Sequence record: CP138594.1
DNA length: 32,000 bases
Strand: one strand, 5' to 3'
Of this stretch, positions 11,438-26,383 are shown piece after piece; position 1 is the stretch's first letter, and each line of letters opens with the position of its first letter. The position numbers and the translations under genes are program-made. The notes under the pieces were generated by a model. The model ran no database searches. It worked only from the letters and a program-made list of their open reading frames with translations, and was not told where the DNA came from.

Positions 11438-12247
11438 TTATGATCCTCAGTAGTACACTGATAAGAAAAGGAATAATCAAACTACATCAACAAAATGTCA
11501 GTATAATATACTAGCTTCGAAACCTAAGTGATGGTTTTCTGTTACATGGTAGGCGAATATTCTTCAGAATCCAACTGCTATAAAGATAGTACCAATTATA
11601 ACGTGTAACCCGTGGAAACCTGTACCAAAATAGAAACAAGATCCAAATGCTCCATCTGATAAAGTGAATGAAGAAACTGAATATTCTACACCTTGGAAAC
11701 CAGTAAATATTACAGCTAATATTATAGTAAATAATACTCCATATAAAGAACCATTTCTGTTACCTTGTATTAAAGAGTGGTGTGCATAAGTTACTGTAAC
11801 ACCAGATGCTAAAAGTAACACTGTGTTAAGTAAGGGTAATTCAAATGCGTTTATAGCTTCTATTCCTAATGGTGGTCATTGTGCTCCTAATTCTACGGTA
11901 GGTGATAAAGCACTGTGAAAATAAGCTCAGAATATAGCTAAGAAGAATAAACCTTCAGACACTATAAATAAAGCTACTCCCATATTTAAACCTCTTTGTA
12001 CAGCTAAAGTGTGATTACCTAGGAATGTACCCTCTGAAACTACATCTCTAAATCAGAAAAACATACTTGATATTAATAACACTAAAGCAGCTGGTAATCA
12101 GTAAGCTGCGTTAGAAAAACTGTGCATAGTTAAAACACCACTTGTTGTTAATGTAAGTAAACTTATACAAGTGTTAATGGGTCAAGGAGAAGGAGACACC
12201 AGATGGAAAGGGTGTCCTTGGAAAGCACTTCTATCTAAATGAGACAT
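11438..12247 (-). CDS. cox3: cytochrome c oxidase subunit 3 (269 aa)
   Basis: It translates to MSHLDRSAFQGHPFHLVSPSPWPINTC...HHSLIQGNR...GFHGLHVIIGTIFIAVGFWR...YWHFVDVVWLFLF..YYWGS. Stop TAA is at 11438-11440. Confidence 0.93.
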
Positions 12248-12632
12248 GATATAATAATATAGATTACAAATTGCAAAAGGTCTGTACAGGTTTTTTTATA
12301 AAATTTACCTATAGAGAATAAATATGAAAAACCATACTAAATCCTAATTAAATAGTATAAAATATGTAAAACGTATAAACACATTATTTTTTTCCTGAAT
12401 ACAAATAAAATCGATTGAGTTATAATATATATAAAACTAAAAATAATACTTTAATAACGGCTTGAAGTTTCAATACTATATTTATATAATATTTTTTTTT
12501 CTGTATAATACCGATGTTTTTACATCATTATTTTTATGTAATAAAGGACAGATTTTCCCACATTATTTTGGTAGAATAGTTGTATATATTATGTATCACA
12601 GATAATTTAAGTGTATTTAATACATATAAATA

Positions 12633-13154
12633 TTATTGTTCGTATAATCATGATAAGAATTTTTCTAATGATATAGATTCTATCACTATAGGCATAGAAC
12701 TATGTAATATACCACAAATTTCTGAACATTGACCGAAGAATGATCCTTCTCTATTAATAAGAACAGAGATTTGGTTTAATCTTCCAGGGTAAGCATCACA
12801 TTTAATACCTAATGCGGGACAAGCGTAAGAATGTATAACATCACCTGAAGATATAATAAATCTAACATGTGTTAATTCTGGTAAAATTACTCTGTTATCA
12901 ACTTCTAATAATCTTAAAGCTCCAACTTCTAAATCTGACTCTGGTACTAAGTAAGAATCGAATTCTAATTCTTCGTCATCTTCATTAGTAAAATCAGGGT
13001 ATTGGTAACTTCAGTATCATTGGTGTCCTTCAACGAAAACAGTTAATGATGGATCAGTAACTTCATCCATTAAGTATAATAATTTAAATGATGGGAACGC
13101 TATTAATATTAATATTAATGCTGGAGTAATTGTTCATATAAGTTCTATTAGTGT
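12633..13154 (-). CDS. cox2: cytochrome c oxidase subunit 2, exon 2
   Basis: It translates to [32 protein letters not shown]...GHQWYWSYQY...[22 protein letters not shown]...[19 protein letters not shown], which includes the CuA ligands. Stop TAA is at 12633-12635. Confidence 0.92.
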
Positions 13155-14259
13155 CAATTTAAACTTAAGTACTTTCATACTTAACCGGACTATATCTTAC
13201 CTTATAAAGGTTTCCACGTTTAGTCTCTGAGGATCCTACTTAATAAGAAACGTATTTCACAATTTCATATTTTGGTTTCCTGCTGATAATCCATTGTACA
13301 TCCTTTAGGGTTATCACTGATAAATTTATATTTTATTTATAGTACCTAAAGGCTTTAGGAGTTTCCAGCATACAGTGGAATTTTTCGCATAGTTTTTTTA
13401 AGCGCAAGTTCTATTTAGTATTTATAAATTTGTATCTATCTTTAAATATTTTACCTGAGTTTATATAAAGTCTTATAGTGCTAGCACTAATATCTAAAAA
13501 TTTAGCAGCTCTTCTTATGGAAACAAAATTACCTATTAATTTAAATCCTTCTGAATCACACTTTTCTAATATATCAAGAGAATAACCTCTTGCAGTGCTC
13601 ATCTTTAATAAAGTTTCTTCAGAATATTTTCTACCTAAAGCTTTCTGTCTAATCAATTCTTTAGTTTCTTCAGTGTGAGTATTACCTAGATTATCTCTAC
13701 TTCTTAATGACATAAGAGCTTTAGTTTCTTCAGTATGAGTTCTACCAAATAAAGGTGATTTTTCTTTTGTATAAACTCCTTTTAAAGACTTACTAATTTT
13801 TGCCTTAGTTTCTTCAGAAAGTTTATGGCCTAAAGAGCTACCTGCTATTTTTAGAATATTATATTTAGGATTTAATTTATCCATGTAATATTGTTCTCTT
13901 TCTGTTAAATTATTAATATCACAATACTCTAATATCTCCAATGAAAAATTAGAATAACCGTACTTAATTAAAGCTCTGCTTATTATAAGGCTCTCTCTAT
14001 TCTTTAAATAACTAAGGTTAAAATATTTCATAAATCTTTTTGCTAAATCTATAGACTGACCGACATATACATCATTTGTTACTTTATTCGTTCATTTATA
14101 GATTCCAGATTTATTTTTATTATCCTTTATAATTAATTTTCTCATAGAGAAAGCATCTTCATAAAGCTTTACGCTATTAACAGGAAGAGTGCTATAAGAT
14201 CTTTTATTATTAATACTAAAACTTGTCAAGTTAAAACACTTTTGCGAAGGCACACGTCT
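13155..14259 (-). mobile_element. group I intron in cox2 (1,105 bp)
   Basis: It splits KYLNHG / TLIELIWT. The 5' exon ends in T and the intron ends in G. On the sense strand, R is TCAGAGACTAAA (13219-13230), S is AAGATATAGTCC (13187-13198) and Q-like is ATCAGCAGGAAACC (~13274-13287). Confidence 0.88.
13411..14259 (-). CDS. intron-encoded GIY-YIG homing endonuclease, in frame with cox2 exon 1
   Basis: The catalytic region reads SGIYKW...DVYVGQS...RALIKYG..LEILEYC...EQYYMDKLNPKYN. Four NUMOD3-like repeats of the form G-x-x-H/Y-S/T-EET-x-x-K follow. The C-terminus is HTH-like (RRAAKFLDISASTIRLYINSGK) and the stop is TAG. It merges track ORFs 14092-14328 and 13411-14031. Confidence 0.88.
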
Positions 14260-14490
14260 ACCATGGTTAAGATATTTATTACTAATAGGAGATTTATGAT
14301 TAACGTAGTTTCTTATTATAGAAACCATAACTCATGCAACACCAAATAAGATTATAAGTAAGTAAAACATGATATTGTCATGTAGTTCAACTAATGCCTC
14401 CATTTGAGGACTGGCGCTATCTTGGAAATAGATACCTCATGGTCTAGGGGCATCACAAGATAACATAGTATTATTTAATAAAAAATTCAT
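14260..14490 (-). CDS. cox2: cytochrome c oxidase subunit 2, exon 1
   Basis: It translates to [77 protein letters not shown]. The two exons total 250 aa. Confidence 0.9.
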
Positions 14491-14632
14491 AATTTAATTT
14501 GAAATATATAAATATTTGTAATCTCTAGATAATAAATATAATTTTATATAAACAATATAATATAAATATTAATAATAGGTTGAGACTTTATATAAATATT
14601 AGCTATATTAATATACTGTGTATATTTACACA

Positions 14633-14703
14633 ACTCTTACTCAAGACTTGAACTTGAATCTAGATATTAGAAGTATCCTGCTCTACCATTAAGCTAGTAA
14701 GAA
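14633..14703 (-). tRNA. trnR(ucu): tRNA-Arg (anticodon UCU)
   Basis: On the reverse strand the acceptor is TTCTTAC/GTAAGAG. Anticodon stem GGATA/TATCT flanks loop CTTCTAA. T arm is TCAAG-TTCAAGT-CTTGA. It is the only tRNA in the minus block. Confidence 0.86.
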
Positions 14704-14765
14704 TATTTGTGTATACACTTTTTTTTAGGTTTTCACCTTAAATACTAAAAATCTAGAATAATACA

Positions 14766-17616
<2,851 letters not shown>

Positions 17617-17909
17617 ATCAGATCTTTTGGGTTGAGTCTCAGTATTTAAATGAGTGTATTCAAAATGACTCAAAGGAAAATAATAAAGTTTAGCTTAAAA
17701 GTATATTTTAATAACATTAGTAAAAAAAAAATGATGACTAAAGCCATGGCATAACTTTAAGAATAAACTTGTTTAAGTTATAAAAAATATTTATTGTTTT
17801 CTCATTAAATAGATTATTTAAATCTCTTTAATCAAAATACAATGTAAAATTAATTTTATTACAAAAGGGTTAAAGTAAACAATAATTACATATAACTTTC
17901 TTCTTTTTT

Positions 17910-17931
17910 TTGTAAATATAATAGTTATATG
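17910..17931 (+). promoter_or_regulatory. conserved 22-nt motif TTGTAAATATAATAGTTATATG about 45 nt upstream of the rnl 5' end (candidate promoter or processing signal)
   Basis: It matches 27141-27162 upstream of rns at 21 of 22 positions, in the same orientation and at a similar distance from the mature rRNA 5' end. Function is inferred only. Confidence 0.35.
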
Positions 17932-17974
17932 TTTATGTTAGATATGTAATATAATATTTGATCGTATAGACGAT

Positions 17975-21082
<3,108 letters not shown>

Positions 21083-21140
21083 CACATAAAAATAAATTTT
21101 AGATTTTCTATAAACATAAACTGTTTAATAGATGTGTCTA

Positions 21141-21211
21141 GCCTGATTAGCATAAAAGCAATGCAACCGTTTTGTAATCGGTAGAAGTAAGTGCGATACT
21201 TACATTGGGCT
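21141..21211 (+). tRNA. trnT(ugu): tRNA-Thr (anticodon UGU)
   Basis: Acceptor is GCCTGAT/ATTGGGC. Anticodon loop is TTTGTAA on a 4-bp stem ACCG/CGGT with a T-T closing mismatch. T arm is GTAAG-TGCGATA-CTTAC. Confidence 0.8.
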
Positions 21212-21241
21212 TTACTTTCATTATATCCCCATATACTTTAA

Positions 21242-21312
21242 TGCGGATTGATGTAATAGTAACATAACAGGCTCATGACCTGTAAATAGAGGTGCAAATC
21301 CTTTGTCCGCAC
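21242..21312 (+). tRNA. trnM(cau): tRNA with anticodon CAU (Met, initiator or elongator)
   Basis: Acceptor is TGCGGAT/GTCCGCA. D stem is ATGT/ACAT. Anticodon stem ACAGG/CCTGT flanks loop CTCATGA. T arm is AGAGG-TGCAAAT-CCTTT. Confidence 0.85.
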
Positions 21313-21333
21313 TTTTATGTATACAATTATATA

Positions 21334-21406
21334 AAGGCTATAGCTTAATTGGTAGAGCAAACTGCTCATGATAGTTTAGATGAATGTTCAAATCATTCTG
21401 GCCTTA
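21334..21406 (+). tRNA. trnM(cau): tRNA with anticodon CAU (Met, initiator or elongator)
   Basis: Acceptor is AAGGCTA/TGGCCTT. Anticodon stem AACTG/TAGTT flanks loop CTCATGA. T arm is GAATG-TTCAAAT-CATTC. Confidence 0.85.
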
Positions 21407-21439
21407 TCGTTGTAATAAATAACTATATTTATAAATAAA

Positions 21440-21522
21440 ATCCGAGTGCTGGAATTGGTAGACAGGGCGAACTTAAGATTCGCTGATTTAATATCGTAAA
21501 CGTTCAAGTCGTTTCTCGGATA
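21440..21522 (+). tRNA. trnL(uaa): tRNA-Leu (anticodon UAA), class II
   Basis: Acceptor ATCCGAG/CTCGGAT is perfect. Anticodon stem GCGAA/TTCGC flanks loop CTTAAGA. It has a long variable arm and T arm AAACG-TTCAAGT-CGTTT. Confidence 0.88.
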
Positions 21523-21589
21523 TGTTGATTAATTTTTAACAAGATGTTTGAAGGTTGTACTAATCAGTAATAAAACTAAGAAAAAATAA

Positions 21590-21814
<225 letters not shown>

Positions 21815-21860
21815 TATGTAATATCAACTAATATTATTAAAATTAATAAAAAAAAAAAAA

Positions 21861-21934
21861 GACCCTATAGACAAGTTCGGTTAAGTCATGACATTTTCAT
21901 TGTTACAACCAGGGTTCGAGTCCCTGTGGGGTTA
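21861..21934 (+). tRNA. trnE(uuc): tRNA-Glu (anticodon UUC)
   Basis: Acceptor is GACCCTA/TGGGGTT. Anticodon stem TGACA/TGTTA flanks loop TTTTCAT. T arm is CAGGG-TTCGAGT-CCCTG. Confidence 0.85.
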
Positions 21935-21983
21935 ACCTATATATAAGACCGTAAAAAATATGTATATTAATATATAATTAGTA

Positions 21984-22055
21984 GGGGATATAGTTTAACT
22001 GGTAAAACTGCGATTTTGCATATCGTTATTTTAGGATCGAGTCCTAATATCTCCA
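21984..22055 (+). tRNA. trnA(ugc): tRNA-Ala (anticodon UGC)
   Basis: Acceptor GGGGATA/TATCTCC carries the G3-U70 pair. Anticodon stem GCGAT/ATCGT flanks loop TTTGCAT. T arm is TTAGG-ATCGAGT-CCTAA. Confidence 0.87.
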
Positions 22056-22058
22056 TAA

Positions 22059-22132
22059 GCTCGAGAAGCTCAACCCGGTAGAGCGGAACTCTGAAGATGT
22101 TTAGGTTGTAAGTTCAAATCTTATCTCGAGCA
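22059..22132 (+). tRNA. trnF(gaa): tRNA-Phe (anticodon GAA)
   Basis: Acceptor GCTCGAG/CTCGAGC is perfect and the anticodon loop is CTGAAGA. T arm is GTAAG-TTCAAAT-CTTAT. Confidence 0.86.
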
Positions 22133-22166
22133 TTTATGTTTTAATTAATATAGTATGTACATATTA

Positions 22167-22249
22167 ATAGGTATGCTGAAATTGGTAGACAGTTTCCACT
22201 TAGGATGGAATGGAGTTAATCCGTGCAAGTTCGAATCTTGTTACCTATA
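22167..22249 (+). tRNA. trnL(uag): tRNA-Leu (anticodon UAG), class II
   Basis: Acceptor ATAGGTA/TACCTAT is perfect. Anticodon stem TTCCA/TGGAA flanks a normal 7-nt loop CTTAGGA. The long variable arm argues for CUN = Leu rather than the yeast CUN = Thr reassignment. Confidence 0.87.
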
Positions 22250-22292
22250 AATATATGTATAATAAGATATGTATTTAATTAACATAACATTA

Positions 22293-22365
22293 TATGTTGT
22301 GGACTAATCGGTAAGTCATAAATTTTTGGTATTTAACATTGAGTGTTCGAATCACTCCAACATAA
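22293..22365 (+). tRNA. trnQ(uug): tRNA-Gln (anticodon UUG)
   Basis: Acceptor TATGTTG/CAACATA is perfect. Anticodon stem TAAAT/ATTTA flanks loop TTTTGGT. T arm is GAGTG-TTCGAAT-CACTC. Confidence 0.87.
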
Positions 22366-22366
22366 A

Positions 22367-22440
22367 GGTGGTTGTAGCTCAATCGGTAGAGCAACTGTAT
22401 GTGGCACAGTAGGTTCTCTGTTCAACTCAGGGCATCCACC
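22367..22440 (+). tRNA. trnH(gug): tRNA-His (anticodon GUG) with genome-encoded G-1
   Basis: Anticodon stem ACTGT/ACAGT flanks loop ATGTGGC. Acceptor is GTGGTTG/CATCCAC. An extra 5' G at 22367 lies opposite discriminator C at 22440. Confidence 0.87.
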
Positions 22441-22480
22441 CTGATATTTATATGATAAATAGTAAAACATTTAATTTATA

Positions 22481-22552
22481 GCCCAAGTAGTTCAATGGTT
22501 AGAACGTTAATTTCATGCATTAATAATGGGAATTCGAATTTCCCCTTCGGCT
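22481..22552 (+). tRNA. trnM(cau): third tRNA with anticodon CAU (Met, or Ile if C34 is lysidine-modified)
   Basis: Acceptor GCCCAAG/CTTCGGC has one mismatch. Anticodon stem TTAAT/ATTAA flanks loop TTCATGC. T arm is GGGAA-TTCGAAT-TTCCC. Confidence 0.82.
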
Positions 22553-22720
22553 CGTCTATAATAACACGCTTAATACTTTATATCTAATATACCTAAACTT
22601 TCAATATTATAACATAACATAATATAATTTTTTTAGTACACTAAAAAAAAATTATATTAAAAGGTAATAGAAATAAATTCGGTATTTATAAAACAGCACT
22701 ATTGTTATTTTTATACTTTA

Positions 22721-22793
22721 AAGGGATTAGCTTAATTGGTAGAGCAACCGTTTTACACACGGTAGGTTAGGTGTTCAAATCACCTATTCCTTA
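22721..22793 (+). tRNA. trnV(uac): tRNA-Val (anticodon UAC)
   Basis: Acceptor is AAGGGAT/ATTCCTT. Anticodon stem ACCGT/ACGGT flanks loop TTTACAC. T arm is AGGTG-TTCAAAT-CACCT. Confidence 0.87.
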
Positions 22794-22852
22794 TAATTAT
22801 ATGTATATAATAAGATATAGTTTTATAACCATATAAGAAAAGTAAATAACAA

Positions 22853-23122
22853 ATGAGTTTATCATTAATACTATTTTTAATAGGAGTTTTAGGTTTTGTT
22901 TTAAACAGAAAAAATATTATACTAATGCTTATATCTATTGAAATTATGTTATTAGCTATTACGTTTATGATATTAGTGAGTTCACTTAACTTTGATGATA
23001 TCTTAGGACAAGTTTATGCAATATATATTATAGCAATAGCTGGAGCAGAATCGGCAATAGGTTTAGGAATTTTAGTAGCATTCTATAGATTAAGAGGAAG
23101 CATTTCAATAGAATTTAAATAA
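22853..23122 (+). CDS. nad4L: NADH dehydrogenase subunit 4L (89 aa)
   Basis: It translates to [38 protein letters not shown]...[22 protein letters not shown]. The stop TAA at 23120-23122 shares its last A with the nad5 ATG. Confidence 0.94.
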   Translation: MSLSLILFLIGVLGFVLNRKNIILMLISIEIMLLAITFMILVSSLNFDDILGQVYAIYIIAIAGAESAIGLGILVAFYRLRGSISIEFK

Positions 23123-24045
23123 TGTATCTAGTTATGATTGCATTACCTTTATTAGGTTCAATAGCTTCTGGTTTTTTCGGTAGAAAAATAGGTGTAACAG
23201 GATCACATTTAATAGCATGTACTGCTGTATTAACAACGACATTTATTGCTATATTAGCATTTAATGAAGTTGGTTTAAATAATACACCTGTGTCTATTAA
23301 CTTATTTAGATGAATAGATTCAGAGTCATTAGACGTATCTTGAAGTTTTCATTTTGATTCTTTAACTGTTTCTATGCTTATACCTGTGTTAGTGGTTTCT
23401 TCTTTAGTTCACATATATTCCATAGGATATATGAGTCACGATCCACACAACCAAAGATTCTTTAGTTACTTGAGTTTATTTACATTTATGATGATAATAC
23501 TTGTGACATCAAACAATTACTTGTTAATGTTTGTAGGTTGAGAAGGAGTTGGTGTGTGTTCATATTTATTAGTTAGTTTCTGATTCACTAGAATAGCAGC
23601 TAACCAAAGTTCTATCTCTGCTTTCTTAACTAATAGAGTAGGAGATTGTTTCTTAACTATAGGTATGTTTGCCATATTATGATCCTTTGGTAATATAGAC
23701 TATGCCACAGTTTTTTCTATGGCACCTTTTGTCAGTGAAAATATTGTTATACTTATAGGTACTTGTTTATTAATTGGTGCTATGGCTAAAAGTTCTCAAA
23801 TAGGTTTACATGTTTGACTTCCAATGGCGATGGAAGGCCCCACTCCTGTGTCAGCATTAATACACGCTGCTACTATGGTTACTGCTGGGGTATATTTACT
23901 TATGCGTAGTTCTCCTTTAATAGAGTACAGTAACACTGTATTACTTTTATGTTTATGAATAGGAGCTATTACTACTGTATTTAGTTCTCTTATAGGTTTA
24001 TTTCAACAAGATATAAAGAAAGTTATTGCATATTCCACAATGAGT
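23122..24045 (+). CDS. nad5: NADH dehydrogenase subunit 5, exon 1 (3' boundary ambiguous within 24045-24052)
   Basis: It translates under code 4 to [24 protein letters not shown]...[22 protein letters not shown]...[19 protein letters not shown]...[41 protein letters not shown]...[10 protein letters not shown](QL). Confidence 0.9.
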
Positions 24046-25188
24046 CAATTGGCTCGAGAATATACTTCTCATTCAAGTATATTCAGGCATCAAACTATAT
24101 GCGTAGAAGCTATATACTATATAGCCAATTCGCAGATAACCAAAGCTCGTGATTATTTATACAAATATCACTATAATTTCAAGTTTTTTAATTCATCTAT
24201 CATTATAAGATTACGCTCCAACATTCTATGTGAGTTAATAAGATGAAAATTTGATATTATCAGTAAGTTAGTAGGAATCTCAGAGGCCATACGTTTGATA
24301 TTAATCTTTATTAAATTAAAATTGATTGATTTAATACCTAAATTACCTTTCTTTAAACAACATTGCTTTATAAATAAAGTTACCATTTCACATAAGCTAC
24401 CTTTATTAAATAGAAATACATTAATATTTAGTAGAAACATGTCTACATATACTGGAAATCCAAGTAATAAGAATAAAGATTCCAATGATATTGCATTTAA
24501 ACAGTGATTAGCTGGATTAATTGATGGAGATGGTTACTTTTTACTGTCTAAAAATGGATATAATAGTTGTGAAATAACTATGGACACTAGAGATAAAAAA
24601 GTTTTATATTTAATACAACATAAATATGGAGGGTCTGTAAAACAAGTTTCTAATGCTAATGCATTTAAATACAAATTAAGAAATAGAGCAGGTTTAATAG
24701 CATTAATAAACGATATAAACGGATTAATTAGAAATCCTACACGTTTATTACAAATTAATAAACTCTGTAATAAGTTTAATATAGAATTAAAATATGCAAA
24801 TGATATTATATTTAACGACGGATGATTTAGTGGTTTTATAGATAGTGATGGTTCAGTTTATTTTAATGAATCATCTGGTCAAGTATTTATTAGTATTACC
24901 CAAAAAAATAAATATTTACTGGAACCTCTAATACATATATATGGAGGAAGAGTAGATATATCTAGCCCTAAGATAGAATCATTTAAATATGTTGTATATA
25001 GAAAGGCTGAGTTGTTTAACTTAATAGATAATTATTTTAATAAATATCCTCTAAGAACAGAAAAAATGAAAAGAGTAAACTTAATAAAACAATTTTATTT
25101 ATCTAGGGTATCTAAAAATAACAGCGATGTTGTAAAGTTTAATGAGTGAATTAAATTTAAAGATAAGTGGGAAAAGTATGAAGATTAA
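24046..25188 (+). CDS. intron-encoded double-motif LAGLIDADG homing endonuclease, reading frame open from nad5 exon 1
   Basis: Track ORFs 24040-24246, 24295-24507 and 24580-24825 share one frame and are joined by TGA codons. Motif 1 is [15 protein letters not shown] and motif 2 is [14 protein letters not shown]. Stop TAA is at 25186-25188. The functional start is probably internal, for example near the Met of [10 protein letters not shown]. Confidence 0.85.
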
Positions 25189-25236
25189 TAAAGAAATGGT
25201 CCACATTACGTCATATTACTTATGATAGTAATTTAG
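24046..25236 (+). mobile_element. group I intron in nad5 (~1,191 bp)
   Basis: It splits AYSTMSQL / [11 protein letters not shown]. The heptamer CAATTGG occurs at both junctions (24046-24052 and 25237-25243). The coordinates given follow the group I rule of a T-ending exon and a G-ending intron. An R-like element TCAGAGGCCATA is at 24280-24291 and an S-like element AAGAAATGGTCC is at 25191-25202. Confidence 0.82.
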
Positions 25237-26289
25237 CAATTGGGAATGATGGTTATAGCAGTTGGTTTATCTTCATATAATGTAGCATTATTCCACTTAG
25301 TAAACCATGCTTTCTATAAAGGTCTTTTATTCTTAGGAGCTGGTGCAGTTATACACGCTGTAGCAGATAACCAAGATTTCAGAAAATATGGAGGTTTAAA
25401 AGCTTTCTTACCTTTAACATACTCAGTTATGTTAATAGCTTCATTAAGTTTAGTTGCATTCCCGTTCATGACAGGTTTTTACTCTAAAGATTTTATTTTA
25501 GAATCTGCATATGGTCAATATTCTTTCTCTAGTACAGTAGTTTACTTTATAGCTGTTATAGGTGCTATGTTTACTACTTTATACTCAGTTAAAGTTTTAT
25601 ATCTTACTTTCTTAGCTGAGCCTAATGGACCTTTAAGTAGTTACAAACATGCTCATGAAGGAGATATATTTATGAGTACACCATTAATTATATTAGCTGT
25701 TTTCTCTATATTCTTTGGTTATATAACTAAAGATATGTTTATAGGATTAGGTTCTCATTTCTTCTCTGATAATGCTTTATTTATACATCCTTCTCATGAA
25801 ATTATGTTAGACACAGAATTTGCAGTTCCTACAATATTTAAAATACTTCCTTTAATATTAACAATATCTTTAAGTATTATAGCTATTGTTATTTCTGAAT
25901 ACCTTCCTAAAACTTTAATACAATTTAAATTAACTAGATTAGGTTATAATATATTCGGTTACTTTAACCAACGTTTCCTTATTGAAATGTTCTATAACAA
26001 ATATATAACAGATTTAGTGTTAAAATTAGGTGGTCAAACAACTAAAGTTATAGATAAAGGATCTATAGAATTAATTGGACCATTTGGATTAGAAAAAGGA
26101 TTAACAACATTAAGTAGAAATATATCTAAATTGGACACAGGAGTTATTACATCATATGCATTATACATATTAGTAGGTTTAACTTTCTTTATATTAATAC
26201 CTTACCTATGTACTATAGATAATAACTTATTAATACTAATAGTATTTGGACTATTGTCTCTTACAAATAGTGTAAAGTCACGTAGTTAA
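25237..26289 (+). CDS. nad5: NADH dehydrogenase subunit 5, exon 2
   Basis: It translates to (QL)[52 protein letters not shown]...[15 protein letters not shown].... Stop TAA is at 26287-26289. The two exons total about 658 aa. Confidence 0.92.
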   Translation, partial: QLGMMVIAVGLSSYNVALFHLVNHAFYKGLLFLGAGAVIHAVADNQDFRKYGGLKAFLPLTYSVMLIASLSLVAFPFMTGFYSKDFILESAYGQYSFSSTVVYFIAVIGAMFTTLYSVKVLYLTFLAEPNGPLSSYKHAHEGDIFMSTPLIILAVFSIFFGYITKDMFIGLGSHFFSDNALFIHPSHEIMLDTEFAVPTIFKILPLILTISLSIIAIVISEYLPKTLIQFKLTRLGYNIFGYFNQRFLIEMFYNKYITDLVLKLGGQTTKVIDKGSIELIGPFGLEKGLTTLSRNISKLDTGVITSYALYILVGLTFFILIPYLCTIDNNLLILIVFGLLSLTNSVKSRS

Positions 26290-26383
26290 TAATAATAAAA
26301 AAAAATTTTTTATCTTCACTCTTTAACGAATATTAATCATTTATCATACTGTTTAATAAAGACAAATATTAATTAATTTATTT

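Noticed and set aside
13600-13830. Tandem repeats of roughly 57 nt that might be taken for a minisatellite or a CRISPR-like array.
   Set aside because: They are in frame within the GIY-YIG ORF and encode its four NUMOD3-like DNA-binding repeats. There are no unique spacers and no array architecture.
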